Shown here: piece after piece, positions 1-7,319 of the stretch
How positions within the stretch are numbered: position 1 is the first letter of the stretch
Layout of the letters: each line of letters starts with the position of its first letter
Assembly (NCBI GenBank): GCA_050293845.1
Contig: JBNKNM010000197.1
Location: 1-10,598, forward strand
Length of the DNA: 10,598 nucleotides
Reading direction: 5' to 3'
From: Pseudobacteriovorax sp.
Lineage (GTDB): Bacteria; Bdellovibrionota_B; Oligoflexia; Oligoflexales; Oligoflexaceae
Program-made: the position numbers and the translations under genes
The notes under the pieces: model-generated
Told to the model about the DNA's origin: nothing
The model's input: the letters and a program-made list of their open reading frames with translations, nothing else
Databases searched by the model: none

Positions 1-73
1 GATCGACAAGATCAAGATCGATAAATGCTAAAGGCAAATGCTGCCCCTTAAACATGGCTCTAAAATTTCGCAC
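1..73 (-). CDS. 5' fragment (runs off the left edge) of a probable fold-type III PLP enzyme (alanine racemase-like / DSD1 'amino acid deaminase/aldolase' family)
   Basis: Manual translation from GTG73 gives VRNFRAMFKGQHLPLAFIDLDLVD, with an alternative ATG at 55. P-x-A-F-I-D-L-D resembles the N-terminal PxAxVDLD motif of this family. Only 24 codons are visible, so the start and intactness are uncertain. Confidence 0.5.
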   Translation of the reverse strand, partial: MRNFRAMFKGQHLPLAFIDLDLVD

Positions 74-95
74 TAGACGAAGCTTATTACTTACT

Positions 96-647
96 TTACT
101 TGTTGAGGCACTGTATAAATTTGTCAAGAAACTCACCATTAGGGTCCAACCTATTTCTTACTGATTTGAAACCTCTGCTACTAAAGGAAGCAGATTCTTA
201 TGGAAGTGCGTAACTTCTCAAAGCCTTAACCGTCGCACCTGCCACGTAGTTCCTCGCGGAACACTTCCAAGCTAACGGAAGCTTTGAGAGCATTCAACCT
301 TTTAAAAGACCAATCGTTAACTAAAGCTAACTCGCGCCTGATACTGTCCACCTGCAGGAAGACGTTTTACGGCGCACTGGATAAATTTTCAAATTGTGAG
401 TACTGACTTCTTGGATTTTCATGAAAGTATAGCCCAATGAGGCCTCCCAATAAAAATCATTGTGACATGACAACAGATTAATATGCATTAAATGGTCCCA
501 CGAAAGCCCTCACCCCAGCCTCACGATCACCCTCCGTCACTATATCAAGAAATCTGAATTGGTAAAGTAAGTATTTACCCTTAACATGCAGTTTTTCTAA
601 ATAGGGATCCCTTAGGAGCCCATGGAGGAAGAAACACTTTTCCACAT
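96..647 (-). pseudogene. Degraded remnant of an FAD-linked sugar-1,4-lactone oxidase (D-arabinono-1,4-lactone / L-gulonolactone oxidase family)
   Basis: 170..96 reads FKSVRNRLDPNGEFLDKFIQCLNK*, matching the family C-terminal pattern FxxxRxxLDPxGxFLNxY. Weaker fragments lie upstream in the expected order but in shifting frames: WKSVSSSMGS*GIP (644..603, cf. AxxVSLGxLGI), HNDFYW (464..447, cf. HFEFYW) and EVFREELRGR (267..238, cf. ExIFxxxGGRPHWGK). Multiple stops and frameshifts; the 5' boundary is approximate. Confidence 0.45.
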
Positions 648-926
648 AAAAACAATATATTAAGCAAGTTTTATCGTTTGACTAGGAACATTTGTCTGAC
701 AGACATCTCCCTCGTCTATGGAGCAATGAAACCATCGTAACTAAAAACTTTCCGGTAATAGCAGGATTTAACGACACCTATAATCAGATCTAGAAACTCG
801 CTATTCTGACATAAAATCCTTCCCTGCACTAAACGATAGTTGAACTGCCCACTGGCCCCATAGGCCACACCAGCAATATGAAAGTAAGCCTAGTGAGCAT
901 GATATTCATATAGCTTCCAGAGAAGT

Positions 927-2474
927 TTATTTGTCTGCTGAAGCTTGTAAGACTCGAAGCTCCACAAGACTTACCCAGGAAGTGATATTACCTTCAACCC
1001 CATCAATCGTTACACGAACATACCTGGCATTCTGGGCAGTAAAATATCTTCGCAAAAAGGCTCCCTTTTCTTTATTGGAACTGTCATCAATAACGCGATT
1101 CCACTGTACGCCATTAGCTGATACATCAATGGTAAAGTGATAAGCTCTTTGGGCTAAAGGAACGATTTCCACACCATCTATTAACTGTGATGAACCGAGA
1201 TCTAGACTGATCCATTGGGGAAATGTTTCTGCTGACCATCTAGTAGTGAGATCATTATCTACTGCACCTGTAGCACCGTTACCAGTCTGCTGGTTAGATA
1301 CTGAGACGGATGCAGTCAGTGAAAGATTTAAATCACTAATATTTTCAGGCATAGGTCCTGATGCTAGCTTAAGGACCTCACTAGCAGCCATTAAAAAAGC
1401 ACCAACTCCAAAGTCGTAGTTATCACTGGGGGATGTGGGAGCCGAGGGGCCGATTCCCACAGGTTGGATATACCCTAACCTGTCAGTTTCATCGATAGCA
1501 ACACTGGCCATAGCATTCCAACCCTTGGCTATTACGGGCAAATAAGTTGACGGGTCTAACAGACCATAATTCACCCCCCATGCTAAGCCATAGGTGAAAA
1601 AAGCTGTACCACTAGTTTCTGGTCCCCCTGGGAAAGACGGATCTAATAAGTTAGCAGACCAGAATCCACTGCTTTGCTGCAACAGGCTTAGAGCTGCCGC
1701 CATATCTTTAAAGGTTTGAACATATTCTTGACGATGAGGATCGCTAAACTGTCGCTTATCAAGCTCCTGGATAGTTCGCACATGAGCTGCAAATACCCAA
1801 CCATTTCCACGAGCCCAGTAGACATTCTTTCCATTGGGAGCTCGATCATCTATAAAGGTACTATCGCGCCACCAGAGATGGTGATCTTCATTGTAAAGAC
1901 CGATCTCTCCCTCATTGTATTTTGTCCATCGATACATGTCATACATTCGCTCACTATAAGTACTATCATCATTAAGCACAGCTAGCCGGGAAAATACAGG
2001 CATAGCCATCTGTAAGGCATCGACCCACCACCAGTCATCGATTTTATCAGTTTTCAGCATATTATCGATGTTGTTGGTGATCATTTCAATTCTTTCAGGC
2101 TGGGGGTCCAACCTATATAAGTCAATGTAGGTTTGGCCTGCGCACTGATTATCGGCGTTACGGGTTGCATCTCCTCCATAGAGAGACCAGTCATTATTTT
2201 CAGCCCATTTCAAAGAATAATTCAAATAGACCTGATCCGGGTAAACATCATAAAGTGCCATGTTGCCTTCGAAATAGGTGGCGCGCGCCCAACCACGATC
2301 ACCAGCAGCAATATGATTGACAATCCAGTTTTCGTTTACCCGCCGCATAGTGTCGACAATATCTACTTTTGAAGGTAATAACTGTTGATGTTGCGCATTG
2401 ACATCGTAGGATGAAAACAAAGATAATACGACCATCAAAGGTAAGGCTTTTCTTCTCAAAAACTCCAGAAGCAT
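927..2474 (-). CDS. Secreted GH105/GH88-family unsaturated uronyl hydrolase with C-terminal CBM32 (F5/8 type C, discoidin) domain
   Basis: Motifs WARATYFEG, NADNQCAGQTYIDLY, WWWVDALQMAMP (candidate catalytic Asp), LWWRD, WARGNGWVFAA, ETSGTAFFTYG and YDFGVGAFLMA are typical of the (alpha/alpha)6 GH105 fold. C-terminal AVDNDLTTRWS..PQWISLDLG..ARYVRVT..SLVELRV (~1328..945) is typical of CBM32. ATG2474 is preferred over the track's TTG2486 because GGAG (2484..2481) lies 6 nt upstream. Signal peptide-like N-terminus ends VNA|Q. Confidence 0.9.
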   Translation of the reverse strand: MLLEFLRRKALPLMVVLSLFSSYDVNAQHQQLLPSKVDIVDTMRRVNENWIVNHIAAGDRGWARATYFEGNMALYDVYPDQVYLNYSLKWAENNDWSLYGGDATRNADNQCAGQTYIDLYRLDPQPERIEMITNNIDNMLKTDKIDDWWWVDALQMAMPVFSRLAVLNDDSTYSERMYDMYRWTKYNEGEIGLYNEDHHLWWRDSTFIDDRAPNGKNVYWARGNGWVFAAHVRTIQELDKRQFSDPHRQEYVQTFKDMAAALSLLQQSSGFWSANLLDPSFPGGPETSGTAFFTYGLAWGVNYGLLDPSTYLPVIAKGWNAMASVAIDETDRLGYIQPVGIGPSAPTSPSDNYDFGVGAFLMAASEVLKLASGPMPENISDLNLSLTASVSVSNQQTGNGATGAVDNDLTTRWSAETFPQWISLDLGSSQLIDGVEIVPLAQRAYHFTIDVSANGVQWNRVIDDSSNKEKGAFLRRYFTAQNARYVRVTIDGVEGNITSWVSLVELRVLQASADK

Positions 2475-2593
2475 AATCTTCTCCAACCAAAGTTAAATAG
2501 TTAAACACACATGTTTCTTCTAAATAAGCGCTCACAAAAATACGTGCTATAAGTCTGGAACACCTATGAAACAGACCTATTGAGTTAAAAACC

Positions 2594-5044
2594 TTATTTT
2601 AAAATTTCCCTCGGGCTATAATGCATGATGGCTGTATGATAATTTTGGTAACTGGTGTATCGCCCCCGTAACCACATAACATCCATCAACCCTTGAGGGT
2701 GACCTCGCGGGACTGTAGGCCTAACATTCAGAGTTCCCGGCTCAGTATTTTTGGTAATGGGAAAGAGAGACCAATGTCTGCCATAGTCCTCTGTAGTGTA
2801 TCTGAATATTTCAAATACTCCATCAACCTGCTTTGATAAATAGACAATAGTTGGATTGATGGGATCTAAAGCCATCCCACCTGAGTAATTTGGCTCTGGT
2901 TCATCACTATGAGGAGGTGTTTGAGGAAACCAACGACCACTATTGACAATAAAGTTATTTTCCCACTGGCTCCCATTCCAACGGCTGTAATAGTAGTGAT
3001 GATTGAAATTATTAAGAAAAGCTGCATATAGAATTACAGGTTTTCCACCATTATCAACGGCAATATCCCAGACCCACCCTTTACCTTGAGAGGCATCATA
3101 TACAATTTCCGGCTCACTATTATCGATATTCAGTGCTGTCGCTGCACCATCATAGTCCTTGATAAAGGTCCCATCAGCTCTGTAAAACTTGTTATTATAA
3201 AAATAAGCGTAGTATATTTTATTCACCGGTTCTTGTCTGGGATGGCCTGTGGTAAAGGCAAGATGAATGCCACCACGCGCGTCCTGCGCATACTTAACAT
3301 ACGGCCTTTGATGGCGGCCTCCACGGGTGATAAACTCTTGTGGAGTTTCCCATGTGATTCCTCCATCTCGCGATGTATTCAAAGTAGGATGCCAACTATC
3401 CCCATCTCTATAAAAAATGGTAATATCCTGCCCTCTTCCATATAAATTAGCATACGTCGTATGATGCCCGAAATTTGCTTCTGGTCCCCATGCAGAAATA
3501 TTTTCACGATTCTGCGAAACCAGGACTCTCATAGGCCCATAAAAATGCCCCGCGTAACCAACAACCACATGCCCATCATCTCGAATTAGAAAACTAGGAG
3601 TGTTATGGTCATCAACTTGGAACCTATCAGCCAATGTATGAGTAGATATCTCTCCGGTACTATGATCATAACTAGCAACCTGAACGCTACCATTACTTGT
3701 AACCCATCCGGTATAGGTCTGCTCTTTTCCACCTCTAAAATACACAGCCCTAGGATCTTGAAACCAACACCAGGTACCATCAGTAGTAAAGGTATCAGTC
3801 CCCTCTGCTAGAAAATTAGTTAAGGCATGATCGGGATCACACTCGTCACCTATACCATCAGAATCAAGGTCTCCTTGATCTGGGTTGTATCGTGTTAAAC
3901 AATTATCAATGGTATCTACAACACCATCCTGATCTTCATCATCACATGAATCACCGAGGCCGTCATGATCCCTGTCCGCTTGGTTTGGGTTTGCAATCAT
4001 GTTACAATTATCGATGGCATCCACGATGCCATCAAAGTCCGAATCAATAGCTTCTGCATCGACAATCTTTAAGTCCCGTATGGATGCTAAACTGAAAGAA
4101 CTATGCAAGGTAAAATAGTAAGTTCCAGAAACTTCTACAGCGAAGGCAAGCTCTAAGTCATATAGAACTCCTTTCTGTGTGATCCTGCGTGTTTTTCTCG
4201 CTAGCGATACGCCAGTATTATCCGCCTTAGAATTAATTTGGAAGTGATAATCTGCCCAGCTGGTATTGGCGTGTAAAGCTAATTTTGCCGAAAAAATATA
4301 AACTCCGGGCTGCAATATTGCAGGATAAGCATAGATTGAATCAGCACTCGTCCCACCTGCTCCATCCCAACGAACAAACAGCACACGTCCCTTGAGTGAT
4401 TGGCCCTTATAGTAATATGTACGCTCAGTAAAGCGTACCCCGCTATTGGCACTATCATTCCCCCAATAATCGATATCACTGCACTGCCACCCAAACCGAT
4501 CTGGATAAGAACCAGCACCAAATAATCCACCAGCATCCCAGGCAAAAGTATAGTTATCGGTACTGACCACTAAGTGAATGGTATATACCTCAGCCGACAC
4601 CCCATCTTCTGCGGTCACATGAATAGCAATGGATCGCGAACCTTCAGATACGTCAATCACTCCCAGGCCAGAATCGATAATAGCCCTAGGATTGCTCGTT
4701 TCAGCAGCTATCGTTACAGTAGTAACCCCCTTAGGAACTAAAACTTCATAAAATTTTATATCCTCGTTAAATAGCTCTTTAAGATAGCCTCCTTCAACAT
4801 TCAATCGAGAAAGCTTAGCGTCGGACATACCCAGGTTTGCAGCATACGTGGAATGGTTACGATAAGAGTAAAAATTTTGAGCCATGACAATATTGGAGCA
4901 AGCCAAAGCTAGAAGCAAGCCTCCTCTCTTTATCACAGATTGATGACCACAAACTCGATATAAATTATGCTGAGCAAAAAAGAAAATCTGGGCAAAAAGA
5001 ACACAAAAGGCAAAAGCCAATATACACATATCTAAATCCCACAA
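2594..5044 (-). CDS. Secreted modular protein: cadherin-like beta-sandwich, unassigned domain, TSP3 repeats and BNR_4 beta-propeller (candidate polysaccharide lyase)
   Basis: aa ~74-160 SDAKLSRLNV..F..DIKFYEV.VP..VTAEDG..YTI fits the cadherin-like beta-sandwich pattern. aa 334-403 are TSP3-type repeats. From aa ~423, DGTWCWFQDPRA, DDHNTPS, the Asp-box SRDGGITW, RPYVKY and YSGGMALDP fit BNR_4. The start is uncertain: TTG5044, ATG5029 or GTG4936. GTG4936 gives the cleanest signal peptide (MIKRGGLLLALACSNIVMA|Q). Confidence 0.8.
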   Translation of the reverse strand: MWDLDMCILAFAFCVLFAQIFFFAQHNLYRVCGHQSVIKRGGLLLALACSNIVMAQNFYSYRNHSTYAANLGMSDAKLSRLNVEGGYLKELFNEDIKFYEVLVPKGVTTVTIAAETSNPRAIIDSGLGVIDVSEGSRSIAIHVTAEDGVSAEVYTIHLVVSTDNYTFAWDAGGLFGAGSYPDRFGWQCSDIDYWGNDSANSGVRFTERTYYYKGQSLKGRVLFVRWDGAGGTSADSIYAYPAILQPGVYIFSAKLALHANTSWADYHFQINSKADNTGVSLARKTRRITQKGVLYDLELAFAVEVSGTYYFTLHSSFSLASIRDLKIVDAEAIDSDFDGIVDAIDNCNMIANPNQADRDHDGLGDSCDDEDQDGVVDTIDNCLTRYNPDQGDLDSDGIGDECDPDHALTNFLAEGTDTFTTDGTWCWFQDPRAVYFRGGKEQTYTGWVTSNGSVQVASYDHSTGEISTHTLADRFQVDDHNTPSFLIRDDGHVVVGYAGHFYGPMRVLVSQNRENISAWGPEANFGHHTTYANLYGRGQDITIFYRDGDSWHPTLNTSRDGGITWETPQEFITRGGRHQRPYVKYAQDARGGIHLAFTTGHPRQEPVNKIYYAYFYNNKFYRADGTFIKDYDGAATALNIDNSEPEIVYDASQGKGWVWDIAVDNGGKPVILYAAFLNNFNHHYYYSRWNGSQWENNFIVNSGRWFPQTPPHSDEPEPNYSGGMALDPINPTIVYLSKQVDGVFEIFRYTTEDYGRHWSLFPITKNTEPGTLNVRPTVPRGHPQGLMDVMWLRGRYTSYQNYHTAIMHYSPREILK
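3836..4045 (-). repeat. Two tandem 35-aa thrombospondin type 3-like calcium-binding repeat units within the 816-aa ORF
   Basis: DSDFDGIVDAIDNCNMIANPNQADRDHDGLGDSCD is followed by DEDQDGVVDTIDNCLTRYNPDQGDLDSDGIGDECD. Both fit DxDxDGxxDxxDNC-x4-NPxQxDxDxDGxGDxCD. Confidence 0.9.
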
Positions 5045-5054
5045 ACGCTACACA

Positions 5055-5087
5055 CATCTAAAATTCAATACAACTGAATTTTAGATG
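5055..5087. promoter_or_regulatory. Perfect 13-bp inverted repeat with 7-nt spacer; candidate operator or hairpin just upstream of the carbohydrate-active gene pair
   Basis: CATCTAAAATTCA (5055-5067), spacer ATACAAC, TGAATTTTAGATG (5075-5087); the arms are exact reverse complements. The repeat is seen directly, but the regulatory role is inferred. Confidence 0.55.
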
Positions 5088-5350
5088 CTAATTTTAACTC
5101 AATTTTAAGCTTCTTTTTCGGCTTAATATTCTAAAAATAGGTTAAAATTTACAAGTGATAATTTCGATACAAGATACCGCACATAGTTGAATTTTCGCAT
5201 GAACCTCAATTTAGGATTAGTAGAAAAAAAATCGAATCTGAAAATTTAGTTAGCAAATCTATTGAAAGCCTTGATAGTAATCTTTCTAACGGTTGCAAAA
5301 AATGGCCTTGATGAAACACATACAAATAAGTATCAAAAGAAAATTAGAGC

Positions 5351-5722
5351 TTATTTTTTTTTAATTTGACGATAACAAAGAAATAGATAAACCAGGAAGA
5401 GGGCTGAAAAAATAACACCAGTAAATACATAAACACTAATATGGCTCAAATGGACGCCAAAGAACCTTTCAAAGGCATACGTTATATAGGAATTTGGTAG
5501 ATTTTGAGTACCAAGGTATCTTTTCACCTGCCAGTGTATATCAGTGAGGAAGCAATATCCCAAGCCATAAAAAACACCTAATATTAACCACGAAACCCAA
5601 GTCAGGGTGAAGATAAGCAAAAATACTCTACGATACCATCCTGGCAAGCTCCAAAAAGTTAAATTAATCATGATAACGATAAGATGAACGGCATCGAGTA
5701 AAACATCCAATAGCTGCAACAC
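5351..5722 (-). CDS. DUF2784-like small integral membrane protein
   Basis: 123 aa with about three hydrophobic segments, an N-terminal H-L-x-V-I-x-x-N-L segment and the motif LG.FYGLGYCFLTDIHWQVK...G..NLPNSYI. GTG start. Confidence 0.75.
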   Translation of the reverse strand: MLQLLDVLLDAVHLIVIMINLTFWSLPGWYRRVFLLIFTLTWVSWLILGVFYGLGYCFLTDIHWQVKRYLGTQNLPNSYITYAFERFFGVHLSHISVYVFTGVIFSALFLVYLFLCYRQIKKK

Positions 5723-5786
5723 AATAGAACCCTATCTATTCTGGGATAATTATTAGCCCATCAGGTGAAAAACAGTGAATCAGGAA

Positions 5787-7316
5787 CTAGGAAGAGCAGC
5801 TATTCATTTGTACATCTTTACTTTGCGCCCATGGTGGAGCCGGTGCCCATAGTTCCTCAAAAGTTTCCCAATCATCATAAGGGGACCTTATCAGATCAAA
5901 GACTTGACGCAACAACCTATCATTTCCTTGATCAACATCATTGATAACCAAAGCGAGGAGATGATTTTTCAACGTAATACGCGGATTATTTTGACACATA
6001 GCTTGACCGGTCTTTTTAATATCGCTATGCAATGATACAAATTCTTCTTGAAATTGGCTCCAAAATTCTTTCATGATACCAGGATAATGCTTTAAGATCC
6101 TTTCATTAAAACGAGCCTTATCTCCATTACGGCAAGATTCAGCTAATTCCCTAAGTATGAAATTAAAATCGAGCCCTTCCATTTGCACCTGATTAAAAAA
6201 GCGAGATATCAATTGTGAGGAAGAGGCTGGTGAAACATTCTGAGAAAAGGCAAAACGCTCTCTGATTTTATTCTCCCAGCATACGTCAAACCTTGCTTGA
6301 AAAGTATCTAGGAGGGAAACAAGTTTGGCCTCCTCGACAAATGGTAAAAAACACTCTGCAAGCCTGTATAGATTCCACTTGAAAACAGCCGGCTGCTGCT
6401 CAAACCGGTATCGGCGCCCAGGCAAATCACTGGTATTAGGGGTATACTTGGGGTCGAACCGTTCCAAAAAGCCAAATGGACCATAATCGATAGTAAGCCC
6501 TAGAATAGACATATTATCCGTATTTAATACTCCATGGGTAAATCCTACTGCCTGCCAGCACGCAACAAGCTCGCAAGATCGCTGGATAACTTGCTCTAGA
6601 AGCTCCAAAGCTAATACTTCAAGATCCTGCTGCATATCCAAACAGTAAAATTGCTTTCCAATGAAACGAATCAAGGCTTCAATCTGGCTGACATCTCCAC
6701 GGGCCAGGGGTAATTGGAAGCTTCCAAATCTTAAAAAACTAGGAGCTGTGCGACAAATAATGGCTCCTGTTTCGTATCCGGCGTTACCATCGTAGAACTT
6801 ATCTCGGAGAACTTTTTCTCCCGTGCTCCCCAAACAAAGGGCACGAGTTGTTGGAATACCAAGACAATGAATCGCCTCCGAGGCAAGATACTCCCTAAGG
6901 GACGAACGGAGCACAGCTTGACCGTCACCGCGACGAGAAAAAGGGGTTTGACCAGAGCCTTTCAATTGCAGCTCTTGGTCACCTATACTTCCAATGACAA
7001 CAGCACGGCCATCACCTAACTGATCGGCCCAATTTCCAAACTGATGACCTCCGTAGTTATAGGCAAAACTATAGGGACTCTGACTATTGCCGAGCAGTAG
7101 CTCTACCATATCTGCTGCTAGAGGTTGAGAAATCCCCAGTTCCTGAATGAGATCGAAGTTGCAATGGATGAGGGCAGCATGCTCTTTAAAATAGGCATAA
7201 GAAAATGAAGCCCCCAGTTCATCGACAAGCTGAGATTTGGGATTGGTAATAGCCTTGATTGCAAAATGCTGGGTGAAGGGAGACGCCCCTAATCCAGCAG
7301 GCACTCGCCCTTTCAT
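5787..7316 (-). CDS. selO: Protein adenylyltransferase SelO / YdiU (UPF0061) family
   Basis: Motifs YGGHQFG..A.QLGDGRA, QLKGSGQTPFSR.GDG.AVLRSS.RE, LGIPTTRAL, SFLRFGSFQ and GFTHGVLNTDNMSILGLTIDYGPFGF, plus the C-terminal SCSS. Confidence 0.95.
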   Translation of the reverse strand: MKGRVPAGLGASPFTQHFAIKAITNPKSQLVDELGASFSYAYFKEHAALIHCNFDLIQELGISQPLAADMVELLLGNSQSPYSFAYNYGGHQFGNWADQLGDGRAVVIGSIGDQELQLKGSGQTPFSRRGDGQAVLRSSLREYLASEAIHCLGIPTTRALCLGSTGEKVLRDKFYDGNAGYETGAIICRTAPSFLRFGSFQLPLARGDVSQIEALIRFIGKQFYCLDMQQDLEVLALELLEQVIQRSCELVACWQAVGFTHGVLNTDNMSILGLTIDYGPFGFLERFDPKYTPNTSDLPGRRYRFEQQPAVFKWNLYRLAECFLPFVEEAKLVSLLDTFQARFDVCWENKIRERFAFSQNVSPASSSQLISRFFNQVQMEGLDFNFILRELAESCRNGDKARFNERILKHYPGIMKEFWSQFQEEFVSLHSDIKKTGQAMCQNNPRITLKNHLLALVINDVDQGNDRLLRQVFDLIRSPYDDWETFEELWAPAPPWAQSKDVQMNSCSS

Positions 7317-7319
7317 ATC

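Noticed and set aside
1..926. Structured ncRNA, CRISPR array or IS element in the ORF-free left region
   Set aside because: I saw no regularly spaced repeats, terminal inverted repeats, transposase fragments or tRNA-like folds. The GATC/CAAGATC repeats at 1-22 simply encode DLDL on the minus strand, and decayed coding sequence explains the region better.
931..2535. Short ORFs 931..1140(+), 1716..1985(+), 2133..2372(+) and 2299..2535(-)
   Set aside because: They overlap the well-supported GH105 gene in antisense or alternate frames and have no recognisable motifs.
3086..4545. Short ORFs 3086..3445(+), 3586..3780(-), 3605..3811(+) and 4279..4545(-)
   Set aside because: They are nested within the 816-aa gene and have no family signature; typical shadow ORFs.
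5095..5310. Sigma70-like hexamers (e.g. TTGTAA-N15-TAGAAT on the minus strand) and a short GCCTTGAT direct repeat in the AT-rich gap
   Set aside because: The spacing is non-optimal and such matches are expected by chance in AT-rich DNA.
5742..5760. Imperfect inverted repeat TGGGATAAT-T-ATTAGCCCA between selO and the DUF2784-like gene
   Set aside because: It is short, mismatched and has no minus-strand U-tract, so it is too weak to call a terminator.
5787..5810. Possible selenocysteine recoding at the SelO C-terminus
   Set aside because: The codons are AGC TGC TCT TCC TAG, i.e. Cys and a TAG stop, with no in-frame TGA.
6915..6930. SelO GDGQAVLRSS in place of the common GDGRAVLRSS as a sign of inactivation
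   Set aside because: The catalytic Lys (QLKG), Glu (RE), NTDN and DYG motifs are intact, and I recall this position varying among homologues.
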